The notes beneath the pieces are model-generated. The model worked only from the letters and a program-made list of their open reading frames with translations, did no database searches and was not told the origin of the DNA. A stretch of DNA of 62,992 bases, counting the filler, from Octopus bimaculoides (Eukaryota), in NCBI RefSeq assembly GCF_001194135.2. It is 3 parts of 3 records of this genome, joined end to end, with 100 filler letters (N's around TTAATTAATTAA, not from the genome) between each part and the next. Parts side by side here need not be neighbours in the genome. Positions count along the whole stretch, not along the records: positions 56,749 to 62,992 come from NC_068983.1; 2 more parts are not named here. One strand, given 5' to 3'. This document shows, one piece after another, positions 60,641 to 62,992 of the stretch (position 1 is the first letter of the stretch; each line of letters opens with the position of its first letter). A program made the translations under genes and the position numbers.

Positions 60641-62992
60641 CATTCGGATTACATATTTTCGTTAATAACTGGGTGTCTGTAGCATTCATTGTGTGGAATT
60701 GGAACGAAACAAACATTTGAAGCAACTGTTTAAGACATGTGGGACTGATTTTTCACGTTTAACAATAAAATAGAAATATTTCTTTTGACGAAATTCCATT
60801 CCTATCGAAAACGTTCATATTTCATGCATTTTTTTCTTTTTACTTTTGGTATTGATAATATTTTTAGCGCCAGTCTTCAGGTTATCCACAAAGAAATTAT
60901 GAGTTGCCTTAATATCTTTAGTTCTTGCAGATCTTAGCATCTAGTCATTTGATTTTTGTGGCAGGAATGATAATGCATGTATGCATGTATGTATGTATGT
61001 ATGTACGTACGTATGTATATGTGTGTATGTATGTATGTATGTATGCATGTGTGTGTGTATGCATGTATGCATGTATGTGTGTGTATGTATGTATGTATGT
61101 ATGTGTGTGTGTTTGTTTGTAAGCATGCATGTATGTGTGTTTGTATGTATGTATGAATGTATATTTTGGGGAGATTGAGAAATCTCGCACATATTTCATT
61201 GATATATATATATATTGTTTATCTTTCTTAAAATCCTTTTTCATATAATTTCAATATTCTTTCTACTCTAGGCACAATGCCCGAAATTTTGGAGAAGGAG
61301 TCATTCGATTACTTCGACCCAAGTACGCAACTGGTACTTAATTTATCGACCTCGAAGGTATGAAAAGCAAAGTCGACCTCGGCGGAATGTAAACTCAGAA
61401 CGTAAAGACAGACGAAATCCGCTAAGCATTTCGCCCGGCGTGCTAACGATTCTGCCAGCTCGCCGCCTTGTATATTATCAATATTGTGGTTGCTAGTTCG
61501 TTATTTATGACTTTTGTTATATAGTATTAATTATGTTAAAATGTTATAAGAAGTAAATAAAAAGAAAGAAACGAGTTGATATCTCTTGCCCAGACAATGG
61601 CACAATATAATGGCAAACCTGATCAATGGTCTAGGAATGCCTCGTTCATTTTATAGAAGTTTATTAAGTGCGGCTGGAGACATGAACAAAACAGTAATAT
61701 CTGAACTATGGCAGTGTGTGGTAGTATTTGTGGTTTTACTTGGTGACGTAGGAATGTTGATTAAGGATGTAGGGAATCTGCGGAAATTATGAAAGGAGGA
61801 GACGAGACGTATATATTAGGCACGTTAAACAGCCTCAACATATATCAGTACTTATACGATTTAAATTAATGCGAAAGGCATTCATTGATGCCACATGTGT
61901 GTATGCTCGAATTAGAATTTCAAATGCGGGCATTGACATCCATAACATTTCTACGTTCATTGACCGACATATATCTAAATGTATAGAAAACCAAATCTGC
62001 ACATTCTGGAAGCCCATTTTGGATGACTAATTAAAGGGGCGTTATATTTAATGAGATACAGTTCCCAATTCAGTGCTGCATATACAGCTGAGTATACAAA
62101 CGCACACACACACGCACACACACACACGCACACACACACACGCACACACACACACACACACTAAAAACACACACGCACTAAAAACACACACACACACTAA
62201 AACACACACGCACTAAAAACACACACACACTAAAAACACATACACATAAGTACACACAAGCACACACACACACTAAACACACACACACAAACAAACATGC
62301 ACACAAACACACACAAACACAAACACTCAAACACAAACATGCAAACCGGCACAGTCACACACACACGCACACAAATATAAGAGCTCGCACATAGACACGC
62401 GCAAGAATTTGGAAGCAAACAGTGATTGTCGATAATTTTCCTAACTAAGGGAATTTTCATTCTGTTTCCTGCAGTTATGGGCCTTAAACTGTTTAACTTG
62501 ATTGCTAAATGCTATACATAATATTATTAATTTAGACGAAATGCAACTTCAGTCCACAGACACTTACATACACACACATACACTATATGTGTACATGTGT
62601 GTGTATGCATATCTATGTATATACAAACACAAAGAAACACACACATACACATACGACTGATTTCAGTTGGTGAATACATTTTTCTTCAATTCATACATAC
62701 AGCACCATGAAATGCAATTATTCCTTAAAACACCGATGCCCTCCTTAGGATCAGTCTATGTATATGTGTGAAAGAGAGGTTGGCAGACGAACATAGAATG
62801 GAGGGAATATGTATACAAACGTGTAGAATTTTAAAATGAAGTTGCAGAAATAAGTGTGTGTATGATATGAGCCAACATGGAAGGAATTTAAGTAGCATAT
62901 ATGCGTGAATAGTTGTGTCGAACTGGAATTTACAGTGTATATATCTATACATGTATAGATAAGTATGTCTGTATATATATATATATATATAT

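Noticed and set aside
60531-60682. Plus-strand exon-like ORF DHSNIQNAGLSTDTAQ...
   Set aside because: The opposite strand is a recognisable retrotransposon RT fragment.

Overview
AT-rich, microsatellite-saturated animal genomic scaffold with many N gaps. The SINE and LINE-tail families resemble those I recall from octopod cephalopods; that is recall, not a database check. Most of the window is transposon debris: Helitron-like elements carrying degenerate (TTAGGG)n arrays, Tc1/mariner and pogo/Tigger remnants, hAT and Tc1 MITEs with clean target-site duplications, two Penelope-like elements, RTE and CR1-like LINEs, two fragments of an RLE-endonuclease (R4/Dong-like) retrotransposon, and many tRNA-derived SINEs. 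No long intact ORF exists; ORF-track entries are microsatellite or gap artefacts, or TE fragments. The key non-TE structure is a set of tandemly duplicated ~1.5-2 kb units at ~8.3-30.4 kb on the + strand. They hold 36-72 nt AG/GT-bounded, phase-1/phase-1 symmetric micro-exons. Fourteen intact candidates splice into a stop-free 235-codon, low-complexity peptide in which all 14 tyrosines sit in YAEI/V, YLxM/I or Y[IV]N motifs. Paralogous cassettes lacking the tyrosine and splice-dead pseudo-exons are interleaved. I interpret this (inference) as the modular, potentially combinatorially spliced phosphotyrosine-signalling tail of an unidentified receptor or adaptor whose 5' part is not visible here.
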